A program made the translations under genes and the position numbers. From an uncultured Bacteriovoracaceae bacterium (GTDB taxonomy: Bacteria > Bdellovibrionota > UBA2428): a DNA stretch of 33,827 nucleotides. Below, in pieces: positions 16,420 through 25,255 of the stretch. The first letter of the stretch is position 1. Every line of letters starts with the position of its first letter. The stretch spans positions 1 to 33,827 of the forward strand of contig CAZIFW010000026.1 of assembly GCA_964538275.1 (NCBI GenBank). Direction: 5' to 3'. The notes beneath the pieces were generated by a model that saw only the letters and a list, made by a program, of their open reading frames with translations, was not told where the DNA came from and did not search any database.

Positions 16420-19400
16420 ATGGGTAATTTCTCGAGATCCTTTATATATTCTTGTGCATTTTTTGCATTAACTTTAAATGTTGCGTGTACAAAGAAAATA
16501 AAAAAAGCCGCAACGGGACTTACAAATTTAGGACCCACCTCAAACCTAACGTGTATATTTGTTCCAAATTTTAATACCTTTGATGGGGAATCTTTCATTC
16601 AAGGTTTTCCCAATGGCGACCCTTCTTACGAAGTAAACTATTCATGTTCAAAAAACGGTCAGCCCGTTGCAGAAGCTGAATGTCGTAACCCAGCGACAAC
16701 AAGCACTGCAGCCTCGCAGCCCTATACCACTTGTCCTGGCGAAGGAACTTTTATTGTTGCTCAGAATAGTCCATCAGGGATTTATAATATTGCTGTAAAA
16801 GGTAAAGATCCCGAAAATGGTCTATTGAGTGATGCTTATGTTTATAATTTCGCAATTGATCGTGATGCTCCCTATGTAACGGATAACGTTATTGTCCTTT
16901 CAAAGAGTACAAATTCTTTTTCTATAAGTTTTGTAGCTATAGATCCGGAGAGTCCCTCTGCTCCAAATAGTGGAGTTAAAACCACAGAATGTTTGGTTCA
17001 TACTTCTGCTAGTTTGCCCTCAAATCCTGTGTGGCAAAGCTGTAATCCTTCCCAATATGCGGCAACAAATTTAGCTGCTGATACTCAATACTGGGTGCAT
17101 TTTAAGGTTGAAGATAAAGCGGGTAATTTGAGTTTTGATTCGCCAGCGGGAGTTCAGTCTTTTGCTGTTAAAACAAATGTAGATCCAGGAACAACAAACG
17201 GCGGAGGAACGGGACCAGGTTCTCCAGGCGTATGTACTATTCTTTCAAGCTTTCCCAATGGATTCACGCATGATTCAGCTATCAACATCTCTTACGAATG
17301 TCCTAACAACCAGTTAGTTAATAAATGTGTACTTTATAGCCCAGGTCAAACGGTAGCTTCTAATTCAGGCGACCCAGAAAGTGGTTTTCAGAATTGTGAT
17401 GAAACTGCATTTCAGCGCACTATCAGTGTAGATGGTGGCTATCAGTTCTGTGTAGCAGACGGTGCAGCCGGTCCTGTGCGTTGCCAAAGTTTTAGACGTG
17501 ATACAGCAGCGCCTACTGTTGCGATTAATACTCATAATATTACTGCAACGAGTGCAGTTGTTGAGTTTAGTGGCACAGATAGTGGAAGCGGCATCTCTCG
17601 CTTTACCTGTGCGCTTTTAAGGCGTGATGCAAATCCTGCAAATGAAATTGTGTATGATGCTGTTGGAAACATAGCTCCAAGTATAGGGGCTGCATTGGAT
17701 AACGTGTCTGTACCCTGTGGTGCTATTAGTGTGAGCCAAACTTCGGTTACTTTTGGTAGCAGTGTTATTGCCCCAGGAGTTGAGTACGCATTTTATGTAA
17801 GATCTTATGACAACACAGGTTTGAATTCTCCTACGGTCAATCAAACTCTTGTTCAAAGAGGAGCAGATATCTCGTGTGTGATTCTCAATAAAAAGAATGG
17901 TGCATGGAAAAATTCAAGTGCTCAAAGTTATGAATATGAGTGTTCGCAAAACAGTGTGGGTAACGTAAACTTTAAGTGTCAGCTTGAAAATGCTGCAGGA
18001 GGAACGACTCTTGATCTAGCTTGTAACAATCAAGCTCCGCAGTGTTATGCCACTACGAATGAACCTTCGACGGGAACTCTATGTGTTTACCGTGGTAGTT
18101 TTGAAACAGGCGCACGCACAAGCCCATTTGTAGCTTCAGGAGACACCCTTCGCGTAAGAGTGATTGCTGAAGATCGTGCAACATCTGGATTGGTTGTGAG
18201 TTCGGACACTGAAGAAGATACTTTTAAAGTAGATACTCAAAATCCGTTGCTTCCAAATATCAATGTTACTTCTAGCTCTGAAGAAGTGCAGTTAAGTTTC
18301 TCTGCAAATGACCCTCATGCTCCAGCCAGAGGAAGTGGTTTGCGTCCAAATTTAGGAATCAAACTCTATGAAGTGAGTGGAAACACGATTGTACAAGAGC
18401 TTACAGACTACGATGTACAGCTTTTGTGTTCAGGTACTGTTGTAGATCCAAATAACTTCGATATTCGAAATAATTGTAACGATCTTCGTTTTGGTCCTAG
18501 AAACTTTAACGTCGCAAAAATGTACAGAGTTGACTTAACAGTTTTTGACCAAGTCGATAATACTTCAACGGCTTCTTCTTTGTCTTTCCCTGGGCCTAAC
18601 CCAAGTGAGGGGCCTACTTGTTCCATTGGTTTGATCAGTGGATTCTCTGTTGATCCCAACAATCCTACAAATGCTGCAACAACTCTTTCGCGCATTGCTT
18701 GTAACAATCCGCATGAAGAAGCAGGAGTTGAGGATGAGCATACGACAATCGTGAGATGTCGAAAAACAAATCGCGATATAAACGGCAACCCGGTAATTGG
18801 AACTTGGTTTAATTGTGCAGGTTCAAATTTAACTCTTGCAAATGGTGCAACAACTGATTGGAACGTTGTTAACACTGGATTGCCAAACGGAGAAGTTAAA
18901 CTCGAAGTTCAAGGTTGTGATTCAACCTACACGTATCGTTGTGGTCCCATTTCAAGCATGAGCTATTACTATGGTAATGCGCGTGATGGTGGTTGGAGTA
19001 CTGCACAAACAGTTTATCTAAATGGTGATTCACAAACTCAGTATTCTAGAAAAGTTTGTAACAACCCTTCGCCTCTCGCAGGAGGAACCCCTTGTGAACG
19101 TGAGAGAGAACCGTGTCCATCTGTGGTGGGCGCGATTTGCTATGACTGGTTCATGGGACCAGATGTAGATACTTACAAAGCTCAGTATCTAAAACTTAAG
19201 TCGTGTAAGGATCCTGCTGACTTTATTTTTGATAATACCCAAGCGAAGTGTGTTCCAGTCAATCCGCCTGTAGATGGGGTGTGGAGTGATTGGAGTGATT
19301 GGGTAAGTCAGGGTTCATGTTCAGTAACGTGTGGAGGTGGAACACTTTCACAAACACGCACTCGTCAGTGTAATAACCCTGCACCTTCAAATGGCGGAAA

Positions 19401-21153
19401 TCAGTGTTCGGGTGCAAGTACTGAAACTCAAAATATTGCTTGCAACACTCAAAGTTGCACAGGAACTCCCGGTTCTTGGGTTTGGGGTCCTGTATACGCA
19501 GCACCAGCAGATTCTATTTATAATGAACGCAGACGTTGCTCGAATGGAACTCTCTGTGACAATATTTCAGGATGGCATCATTTTAATTCCGGTGGAATTA
19601 AATACGCTCATCGTTGCGTAAGAGGCGGTATACCTATGGGCTCTGGCAGTGCATACACGTGTCGTCCTCCAGTGGGTCGCATTCCAAGTGGTGAATTGTG
19701 TAGTTCAGATGCGGCTATTATTTCTAGAGGCGCACGCGGTTCAATAGCTGGAAAAACTCGTTACACTCAAATTCGCAATGCGGGCGCACCCATTCCAGAA
19801 TGGAGAAACCCATTCTACTCAAATGGAACGGGTATAAATTTGGCAAGTGATGCTCCCACAAGAAAAGTAGCTTGTTTGATGAATGGATATAACGACATTG
19901 TCAGCTATGTGGGCAAACGTTGGGATTCTCCTCAAAACAATGCCGTTCTACTTTGGAAGAATGCAGATAAGAATTTTGATAGAATCAGAGGTTCTGAATT
20001 TAACAACTGGTTAAGCTCAGGCACGTGTGGTGGAAGACTTCACAAAAACTGTGTGGATTATCCATTATGGATTTTCAGAGACACGCCTCCTAATCCCGAT
20101 CCCGTACCTAGAATTGACGGTGGTTGGTCTGCGTGGAGTGATTGGACTTCAGCAAGCGCATGCACGGGCGCATGTGGCGCAGCAACTCGAACTGAACAAA
20201 GAACTCGAACATGTACAGCTCCCGCACCTTCGGGTGGTGGCAGTCCATGTTCAGGACCTGCTGTAGAATCTAGAGCGGCTTCGTGTACTCCAAGCGGATG
20301 TGTTGCTTGTAGTGGAGTGTCTGAATTTACTTTACAAAGAGGATCTTCAAATCCTGTGTATGCAGTGACGGCTGAAATTCCTGCAACAGCTCCACTTGCT
20401 CAGGCGCAACAAGTGACTGTGTCATTAGCAACTTATGAAGGTGCAGATGACATTCGTTTATCAGCTTATGTGAGTGGGGCATGGGCCGATATCTTCGCTC
20501 CAGGAAAAATTAGCACCTGGACGAACGGAGATCCTACAAATGGAACGACTCCTCCGCCTGCTAGTACAATAAGAACATTTACAGCCATGATTCCTCAAGG
20601 AGCAGAAAAAGTTAAATTAGATGCGTCTCGTGCAAGAACACAGTTCTACTTAAAAGTAAGTGGGCTTTGTGGATTCAATGTGGCATCTGCTGTTGTGGCC
20701 AACTCTGCCGTCAATGGTGAATGGTCTGATTGGACAAGCTGGGCAAATATAACGGCTTGTAGCAAATCTTGTGGGGGCGGAACAGTTACTCAAAGTCGCT
20801 CTCGAGTTTGTAACAATCCCATACCTTCTAACGGGGGTGCAAATTGTACAGGATCAGCGACAGAAACTCAGGTTGTAGCTTGTAATACGCAAGCCTGTTG
20901 TAAGCCTAACGGAACGATTGTGGGTCGTGGAGATGTACCAGGCAATCTAAGTCGTGATGAAGTTACCTGTGGCAGGAGTCCTTCTAGTAGAAAAGTAAAT
21001 GGTGGCTCTGCAGGAGCTAATTCTCAGTGTTGCAGTGGCAGAGCGGTTTACAAAAACGGAAGTCGAGCAAGTCGTTGTGGCAATAGTTGTAGTTGGTGTG
21101 GAAGCAACGGTGGATACGATTACGACAACTGGGAAATTGTTTGCTCAAATTAG
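16420..21153 (+). CDS. Giant secreted or lipoprotein (1577 aa), probably an adhesin: fibronectin-III/Ig-like modules, three or four thrombospondin type-1 repeats, and a Cys-rich C-terminus with an RGD motif.
   Basis: The N-terminus has a signal/lipobox-like ALTLNVAC. Three modules begin D-x-D/T-A-P (DRDAPYV, RRDTAAPTV, KVDTQNPLL) and end ...D.AGN.S. Three thrombospondin repeats match WSxWSxW..CSxTCGGG...R.R.CNNP.PSNGG..C.G...E...C...C at nt ~19270-19460, 20116-20300 and 20713-20898. A degenerate fourth sits at ~19010-19130. GRGDVPG sits at ~20925-20945. Confidence 0.7.
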   Translation: MGNFSRSFIYSCAFFALTLNVACTKKIKKAATGLTNLGPTSNLTCIFVPNFNTFDGESFIQGFPNGDPSYEVNYSCSKNGQPVAEAECRNPATTSTAASQPYTTCPGEGTFIVAQNSPSGIYNIAVKGKDPENGLLSDAYVYNFAIDRDAPYVTDNVIVLSKSTNSFSISFVAIDPESPSAPNSGVKTTECLVHTSASLPSNPVWQSCNPSQYAATNLAADTQYWVHFKVEDKAGNLSFDSPAGVQSFAVKTNVDPGTTNGGGTGPGSPGVCTILSSFPNGFTHDSAINISYECPNNQLVNKCVLYSPGQTVASNSGDPESGFQNCDETAFQRTISVDGGYQFCVADGAAGPVRCQSFRRDTAAPTVAINTHNITATSAVVEFSGTDSGSGISRFTCALLRRDANPANEIVYDAVGNIAPSIGAALDNVSVPCGAISVSQTSVTFGSSVIAPGVEYAFYVRSYDNTGLNSPTVNQTLVQRGADISCVILNKKNGAWKNSSAQSYEYECSQNSVGNVNFKCQLENAAGGTTLDLACNNQAPQCYATTNEPSTGTLCVYRGSFETGARTSPFVASGDTLRVRVIAEDRATSGLVVSSDTEEDTFKVDTQNPLLPNINVTSSSEEVQLSFSANDPHAPARGSGLRPNLGIKLYEVSGNTIVQELTDYDVQLLCSGTVVDPNNFDIRNNCNDLRFGPRNFNVAKMYRVDLTVFDQVDNTSTASSLSFPGPNPSEGPTCSIGLISGFSVDPNNPTNAATTLSRIACNNPHEEAGVEDEHTTIVRCRKTNRDINGNPVIGTWFNCAGSNLTLANGATTDWNVVNTGLPNGEVKLEVQGCDSTYTYRCGPISSMSYYYGNARDGGWSTAQTVYLNGDSQTQYSRKVCNNPSPLAGGTPCEREREPCPSVVGAICYDWFMGPDVDTYKAQYLKLKSCKDPADFIFDNTQAKCVPVNPPVDGVWSDWSDWVSQGSCSVTCGGGTLSQTRTRQCNNPAPSNGGNQCSGASTETQNIACNTQSCTGTPGSWVWGPVYAAPADSIYNERRRCSNGTLCDNISGWHHFNSGGIKYAHRCVRGGIPMGSGSAYTCRPPVGRIPSGELCSSDAAIISRGARGSIAGKTRYTQIRNAGAPIPEWRNPFYSNGTGINLASDAPTRKVACLMNGYNDIVSYVGKRWDSPQNNAVLLWKNADKNFDRIRGSEFNNWLSSGTCGGRLHKNCVDYPLWIFRDTPPNPDPVPRIDGGWSAWSDWTSASACTGACGAATRTEQRTRTCTAPAPSGGGSPCSGPAVESRAASCTPSGCVACSGVSEFTLQRGSSNPVYAVTAEIPATAPLAQAQQVTVSLATYEGADDIRLSAYVSGAWADIFAPGKISTWTNGDPTNGTTPPPASTIRTFTAMIPQGAEKVKLDASRARTQFYLKVSGLCGFNVASAVVANSAVNGEWSDWTSWANITACSKSCGGGTVTQSRSRVCNNPIPSNGGANCTGSATETQVVACNTQACCKPNGTIVGRGDVPGNLSRDEVTCGRSPSSRKVNGGSAGANSQCCSGRAVYKNGSRASRCGNSCSWCGSNGGYDYDNWEIVCSN

Positions 21154-21161
21154 CATTGATA

Positions 21162-21200
21162 AAAGCTACTTTGGAATAGAATTTATTCTGAGGTAGCTTT
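21162..21200. terminator. Compound hairpin between or overlapping convergent gene ends, a possible bidirectional terminator.
   Basis: AAAGCTAC...GTAGCTTT forms an 8-bp outer stem enclosing GAATA-GAATT-TATTC. It overlaps the last codons of the minus-strand gene. Confidence 0.3.
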
Positions 21201-23546
21201 AGAAATTTGATCCAGTCTTTTTATTTCTTCTTTTAAGTTTTCAAATTCCGTGAAAGGCAATGCACCACGATCAAGAAAACGAATTTTTTTATTTTTGTCG
21301 ATCACATAGGTGCCGTGAAGGGGCAGTTCTTCGAAGTCGTCGAAAGATCTATATTTTTTAAATACATTCATTTGACTATCACTTAAGAGATCAAATTTTA
21401 GCCGAGTTTCTTCAGTAGAAAATTCAAGAGCTGTTGCAAGATCGCTTTCAGAATCTGTAGTGATTCCAACTATTTTATATCCAAGCTTTTGAAAACGTTC
21501 GCTTTGAGCATTTAATTCCTGAAGTTGTTCATTACAACGTGGACAGGAACCACCTAATACAAAAACTAAAAGCACACCTTTATTAGATTCTTTTAAAATT
21601 GAGTCGAGTGAGAGTGTTTTAGCAGCGGCATTCTTGAGGATAAAGTCGGGCGCTAAAGGTTGTGGAAATTTTTCTCCAGTAAAAGAAGTGGGTACTTTGA
21701 GTAAGAGTTCTCTTGGAGTGTGAACGGCTCTCCAGTCGTTTGGTATACTCTCGCCCAAGAGTTTCAATACTTCTTCTCCAAGTTTATAATATTCGGAGTT
21801 TTTGTCTAAATATGCACCCATAGTGCGACATTTTTTAAAGGTTTCAAAGGCAGCTTCTTGCTTGAGTTGCGAAGCTTGTGCGTGCGCAAGCTCTAAATAT
21901 TTTGAAATATCAGCATAGGGATCAGAACTTAAGTCTCCTAAAACTTCTTCTGCTTTTTCTGGAAGATTAAGTGTTCGGTAAAATTTTGCAAAGGTTGAAC
22001 GAGATAATATGTAATCAGCGTCTTGGTTAAGTTTACGCAATTCTTCGACATTCTCGGGTGATTCTTCGCCATTTTCCCAGCGTTTTATAAGATCTAGGAT
22101 TTTTTCGAGTTTAGCAGCTTGAGGTGCAAGCGAAGGGTTTTGAGATGCAAGATCATGCAACAGGACTCGATACTTAAAGCGCTCTACATCTTCGCCCACA
22201 ACAGTATAGCTATAAGCAAGTTGGTAAAAAAGTTTAAGGATGCGGATTTTATCTTTAAACTTACGAGCATCCGTAGGGAGATATCCTTGTTTTTCTGCTT
22301 CAACTAAAATTTCATGATTTCCATACGTGTTTGCAGTGGTAAACAGCAGATCAAGGCCAGCGATGTAATTTGAGTGATAAGTGCCCTCTTGCTCTAAAGG
22401 GTTGTTGTATTTGGAGTGAAGGGGGATTTCTAAGAGACCTTTTGCGACTTGTGCAGATTTTTTATATTTCCCAAGTCCAAGAAGATTGAGGCCCCAAAAA
22501 TGTTGATTGTGTCCATAATTATGAACCACGTAGGGAAATTCCATTTGTTTGTTTTGTTGTGTTTGATCAATGTATGCTGCACGCAAATATTGTTCATCAC
22601 TTTCGAAAAACTTCCCTATTTGTGAGTAAATGTGTGATCCCATGTGCCACATGTGAGCCGAGTTTATAAAAGAAGGTCCAATGTGTTGTGCTGAATCCAA
22701 TGCACGTTTTTCATTTTTACTATCGTTCCACAAGTGGATACGAGCATGGTGGGCGGGATGCATGGGTTCTTTTTCAAAAATTTCTTGAAAAAGTTTTTCT
22801 ATTTTTTCTTGTGTATATCCTAGATTTTCTATGTGACCTAGATCCCAGATAAAGAGCGCGCCCAGTGCTTTGAGATCAAGCTCATTCGGATTTTCTTCTA
22901 CAAGTTGAAGCCACGCTTTAACAAAAAACTTTTGATTCTCGGAATCTTCGGGATTTTTTAAAAAACTCAGTAAAATATTCTGTAAACGTATTTCGAGCTT
23001 ACTAAGTTTTAAATTGAGGTGACGAGTGAGTTCGATGGAGAGTTTTGTGAACTTGTATCCACGTTCATAGTTTCCAACGCCAAAAATAATCTGCGAAAGA
23101 CCCGCACCCCAAAGGGCCATAGTGCAATTGGAATCTTGGTGAAAAGCGAGGCGAAAATATCTTTCGGCCTCAACAGTTTCAAATGCGTGCATGTAGGCAA
23201 AAGCAAAATTTATGGATTTTAAAGCATCAGCGTTGCAAGATTGAATGGGGCTTTTGAGGGAGACGGTTAACGGAGGGAGATTGAGTGGGAATTGGCGAGG
23301 TCCGTAATCAAAAACTTGCCCGCGTTTTGAGGCTCCGGGGTGGGAGGCTTCATTTTTCAAGTAGGCGGCAAGTACATCTTCTCTTGCGTCTCCGCTTTCT
23401 TTGCTCATGGCGCTCATGCCGCCATTGCTTCCACCCATAGAGGGCATATTTGCGGCTTCGTGACCCTCGTGAGAGGGGCCACAAGAAACTAAAAAGAGAA
23501 CAAGAATTGTTGTAAGTAATTTAGGAAATGCACCGGAATTGAACAC
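21183..23546 (-). CDS. Lipoprotein (787 aa) with a Met/His-rich N-terminal segment and a C-terminal thioredoxin-fold (redoxin / AhpC-TSA / TlpA-like) domain carrying a CPRC motif.
   Basis: GTG start. A lipobox is present (LVLFLVSC). MPSMGGSNGGMSAMS resembles a metal-binding Met motif. The C-terminus reads VLLVFVLGGSCPRCNEQLQEL...IVGITTDSESDL...HGTYVIDKNKKIRFLD, which looks like a redoxin fold. Confidence 0.55.
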   Translation of the reverse strand: MFNSGAFPKLLTTILVLFLVSCGPSHEGHEAANMPSMGGSNGGMSAMSKESGDAREDVLAAYLKNEASHPGASKRGQVFDYGPRQFPLNLPPLTVSLKSPIQSCNADALKSINFAFAYMHAFETVEAERYFRLAFHQDSNCTMALWGAGLSQIIFGVGNYERGYKFTKLSIELTRHLNLKLSKLEIRLQNILLSFLKNPEDSENQKFFVKAWLQLVEENPNELDLKALGALFIWDLGHIENLGYTQEKIEKLFQEIFEKEPMHPAHHARIHLWNDSKNEKRALDSAQHIGPSFINSAHMWHMGSHIYSQIGKFFESDEQYLRAAYIDQTQQNKQMEFPYVVHNYGHNQHFWGLNLLGLGKYKKSAQVAKGLLEIPLHSKYNNPLEQEGTYHSNYIAGLDLLFTTANTYGNHEILVEAEKQGYLPTDARKFKDKIRILKLFYQLAYSYTVVGEDVERFKYRVLLHDLASQNPSLAPQAAKLEKILDLIKRWENGEESPENVEELRKLNQDADYILSRSTFAKFYRTLNLPEKAEEVLGDLSSDPYADISKYLELAHAQASQLKQEAAFETFKKCRTMGAYLDKNSEYYKLGEEVLKLLGESIPNDWRAVHTPRELLLKVPTSFTGEKFPQPLAPDFILKNAAAKTLSLDSILKESNKGVLLVFVLGGSCPRCNEQLQELNAQSERFQKLGYKIVGITTDSESDLATALEFSTEETRLKFDLLSDSQMNVFKKYRSFDDFEELPLHGTYVIDKNKKIRFLDRGALPFTEFENLKEEIKRLDQISKATSE

Positions 23547-23606
23547 ATCGCGAGGTTAACAATCTCACGCGGCGAGTCAAGTTGGCGGTAGCTTAAGCTA
23601 TTTGCG

Positions 23607-24266
23607 CTAAGTCATCTTAATTACAGAGTCTACAAGCTTGCGGATACCTTCAAAAATATCGCATAACGGAGCGTCGTCGTACATGTAGGCGGGGCTTGTG
23701 ATGATCTTGTATTTCGTATCGATACAACAATCACTCGCGCTTTTTACAACGTGACGATGTCCAAGTTTTTCTATTTCAGAAGAGGCTTCTGAAGGAGCAC
23801 CTACCGTGAGTTCTAGACCTTTGTTTCTAAATGTGAGTGCTAAAATAGCGGGTGCTATGCAAACGGCACCAATGGGTTTTGAGGCGTTGTGGAAATTTTG
23901 TAACTTTTCTTGAATCAAAGGGTGAGCTGTTCCACTTGCACCCTTAAGTGCAAAGTCGCATAAATTCTTAGCAGCTCCAAAGCCACCTGGAATAATTACG
24001 GCATCATATTCGTTGGGTTGAAGGGCATCGAGTTTTTGAACTTTTCCACGTGCTATACGAGCGGCTTCTACGAGCTGGTTTCGACTTTCATGTGTGTTTT
24101 CGCCCGTTAGGCAGTTTACAACATCATATTGAGGAGCATCGAGTGCAAAGCAGTCTACACTCACATCGTGCCGACTGAGGGCCCATAAAACTCCTACGGA
24201 TTCACGTATTTCCGATCCATCTTTAAAGCCACTTCCGCACAGTATGACTGCAATCTTTTTACCCAT
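23607..24266 (-). CDS. elbB: DJ-1/PfpI-superfamily protein ElbB (glyoxalase / ES1 family).
   Basis: From the internal Met, MGKKIAVILCGSGFKDGSEIRESV...IPGGFGAAKNL...KPIGAVCIAPA parallels E. coli ElbB almost motif for motif. The ORF track extends the start 19 codons further (to 24323), across the promoter repeats. Confidence 0.8.
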   Translation of the reverse strand: MGKKIAVILCGSGFKDGSEIRESVGVLWALSRHDVSVDCFALDAPQYDVVNCLTGENTHESRNQLVEAARIARGKVQKLDALQPNEYDAVIIPGGFGAAKNLCDFALKGASGTAHPLIQEKLQNFHNASKPIGAVCIAPAILALTFRNKGLELTVGAPSEASSEIEKLGHRHVVKSASDCCIDTKYKIITSPAYMYDDAPLCDIFEGIRKLVDSVIKMT

Positions 24267-24288
24267 AGATGTAAAATAGGCGTCAGAG

Positions 24289-24323
24289 ACCTTTTCGACA
24301 ACCCTTCGCAACCTTTTCGACAA
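24289..24323. promoter_or_regulatory. Perfect 13-bp direct repeat ACCTTTTCGACAA x2 with a 22-bp period, in the elbB/yceD divergent promoter region.
   Basis: The copies lie at 24289-24301 and 24311-24323 with a 9-bp spacer, 23-57 bp upstream of the elbB start. Their geometry is typical of tandem transcription-factor half-sites. Confidence 0.35.
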
Positions 24324-24390
24324 GCTAAGCCCTGCTTAAGAACGCGAATTAGCTTTATTCACAACGCAGGGTGGCCTATATCAAAGCGCT

Positions 24391-25032
24391 GTGAATCAAG
24401 GAAAACTTACTCTTCGGGAAGTGGGCTCTAAGTCCATTGACGTGTCCTTTAGTGAAGCTGATGAATGGGTCCAGTCTGCTCTAAAAGTAGCAGCCCCACA
24501 TGTAGATATCTGCGGAAAAAGCCCGGATGGGTGGGCCGCGGGCTCCAAGATTAGTGGATCTATTCGTGTAGAGCGTCTTGATCCTGAATATTCGCTTTCG
24601 GGTAATTTCGAAGGGCGTATGCCTCTGTTATGTCCCCGCTGCGGAGCTGAGGGGACGACTCAAAGGGCTGGAGATTTTAGGGTTTTCCTAAAGCCCATGG
24701 GGCCTTATGAGGCGGCTGAAGAGGGAGATGACCCTGATTATGTGTTTTTGGAAACTCCCTATATCGATTTAGCTCACATTTTAACGGAGCAGATTGTGGC
24801 CGTAGAACCCGTAGTGGAACACCCCGATTTGGAGCTTTCAGGCGAAGAACACGTGTGCACTTCTGTGGATATGACGGATGAAGAATTGGCCGTAGATAAT
24901 GAATTTCATTTGTCTTCTGGACAAAATGCCGGAAAAGCGGAAAACTCCCCTTTTGCAGTTCTAAGCAAGTTGAAGGATTTATCAAAAGATTCTACAACAG
25001 TGGCCAAGAGCTCAAAAAAGAACAAGGAATAG
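24391..25032 (+). CDS. yceD: YceD / DUF177 family protein (large-subunit rRNA accumulation protein).
   Basis: It has the conserved position immediately upstream of rpmF. A CxxC...CxxC-type motif is present (LLCPRCGAEG). It has an acidic C-terminal extension. GTG start. Confidence 0.7.
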   Translation: MNQGKLTLREVGSKSIDVSFSEADEWVQSALKVAAPHVDICGKSPDGWAAGSKISGSIRVERLDPEYSLSGNFEGRMPLLCPRCGAEGTTQRAGDFRVFLKPMGPYEAAEEGDDPDYVFLETPYIDLAHILTEQIVAVEPVVEHPDLELSGEEHVCTSVDMTDEELAVDNEFHLSSGQNAGKAENSPFAVLSKLKDLSKDSTTVAKSSKKNKE

Positions 25033-25045
25033 TAGGAAATTAAAA

Positions 25046-25237
25046 ATGGTTGTACCTAAGAAGAAATCATCTAAATCAAGAACTGCACAACGTAGTGCTA
25101 ACAAATTTTTAGTTCCCAAAGGCTTTAGCATTTGCAAAGAAACTGGCGAAGTTGTTCCTCCACACAGAGTAAGTGCTATGGGCTGGTACAAAGGTAAGAA
25201 AGTTCTTAAAACTAAAGCTGAGTTGAAAAACTCTTAA
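25046..25237 (+). CDS. rpmF: 50S ribosomal protein L32.
   Basis: MVVPKKKSSKSRTAQRSANKFL...HRVSAMGWYKGKKV matches the L32 consensus. Confidence 0.9.
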   Translation: MVVPKKKSSKSRTAQRSANKFLVPKGFSICKETGEVVPPHRVSAMGWYKGKKVLKTKAELKNS

Positions 25238-25255
25238 GCTAAAATTTAAAATTTT

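Noticed and set aside
24267-24323. 5' extension of elbB (MSKRLRRVVEKVSDAYFTSM...).
   Set aside because: It translates through the 13-bp direct repeats. Homology to ElbB begins at MGKKIAVILCGSG.
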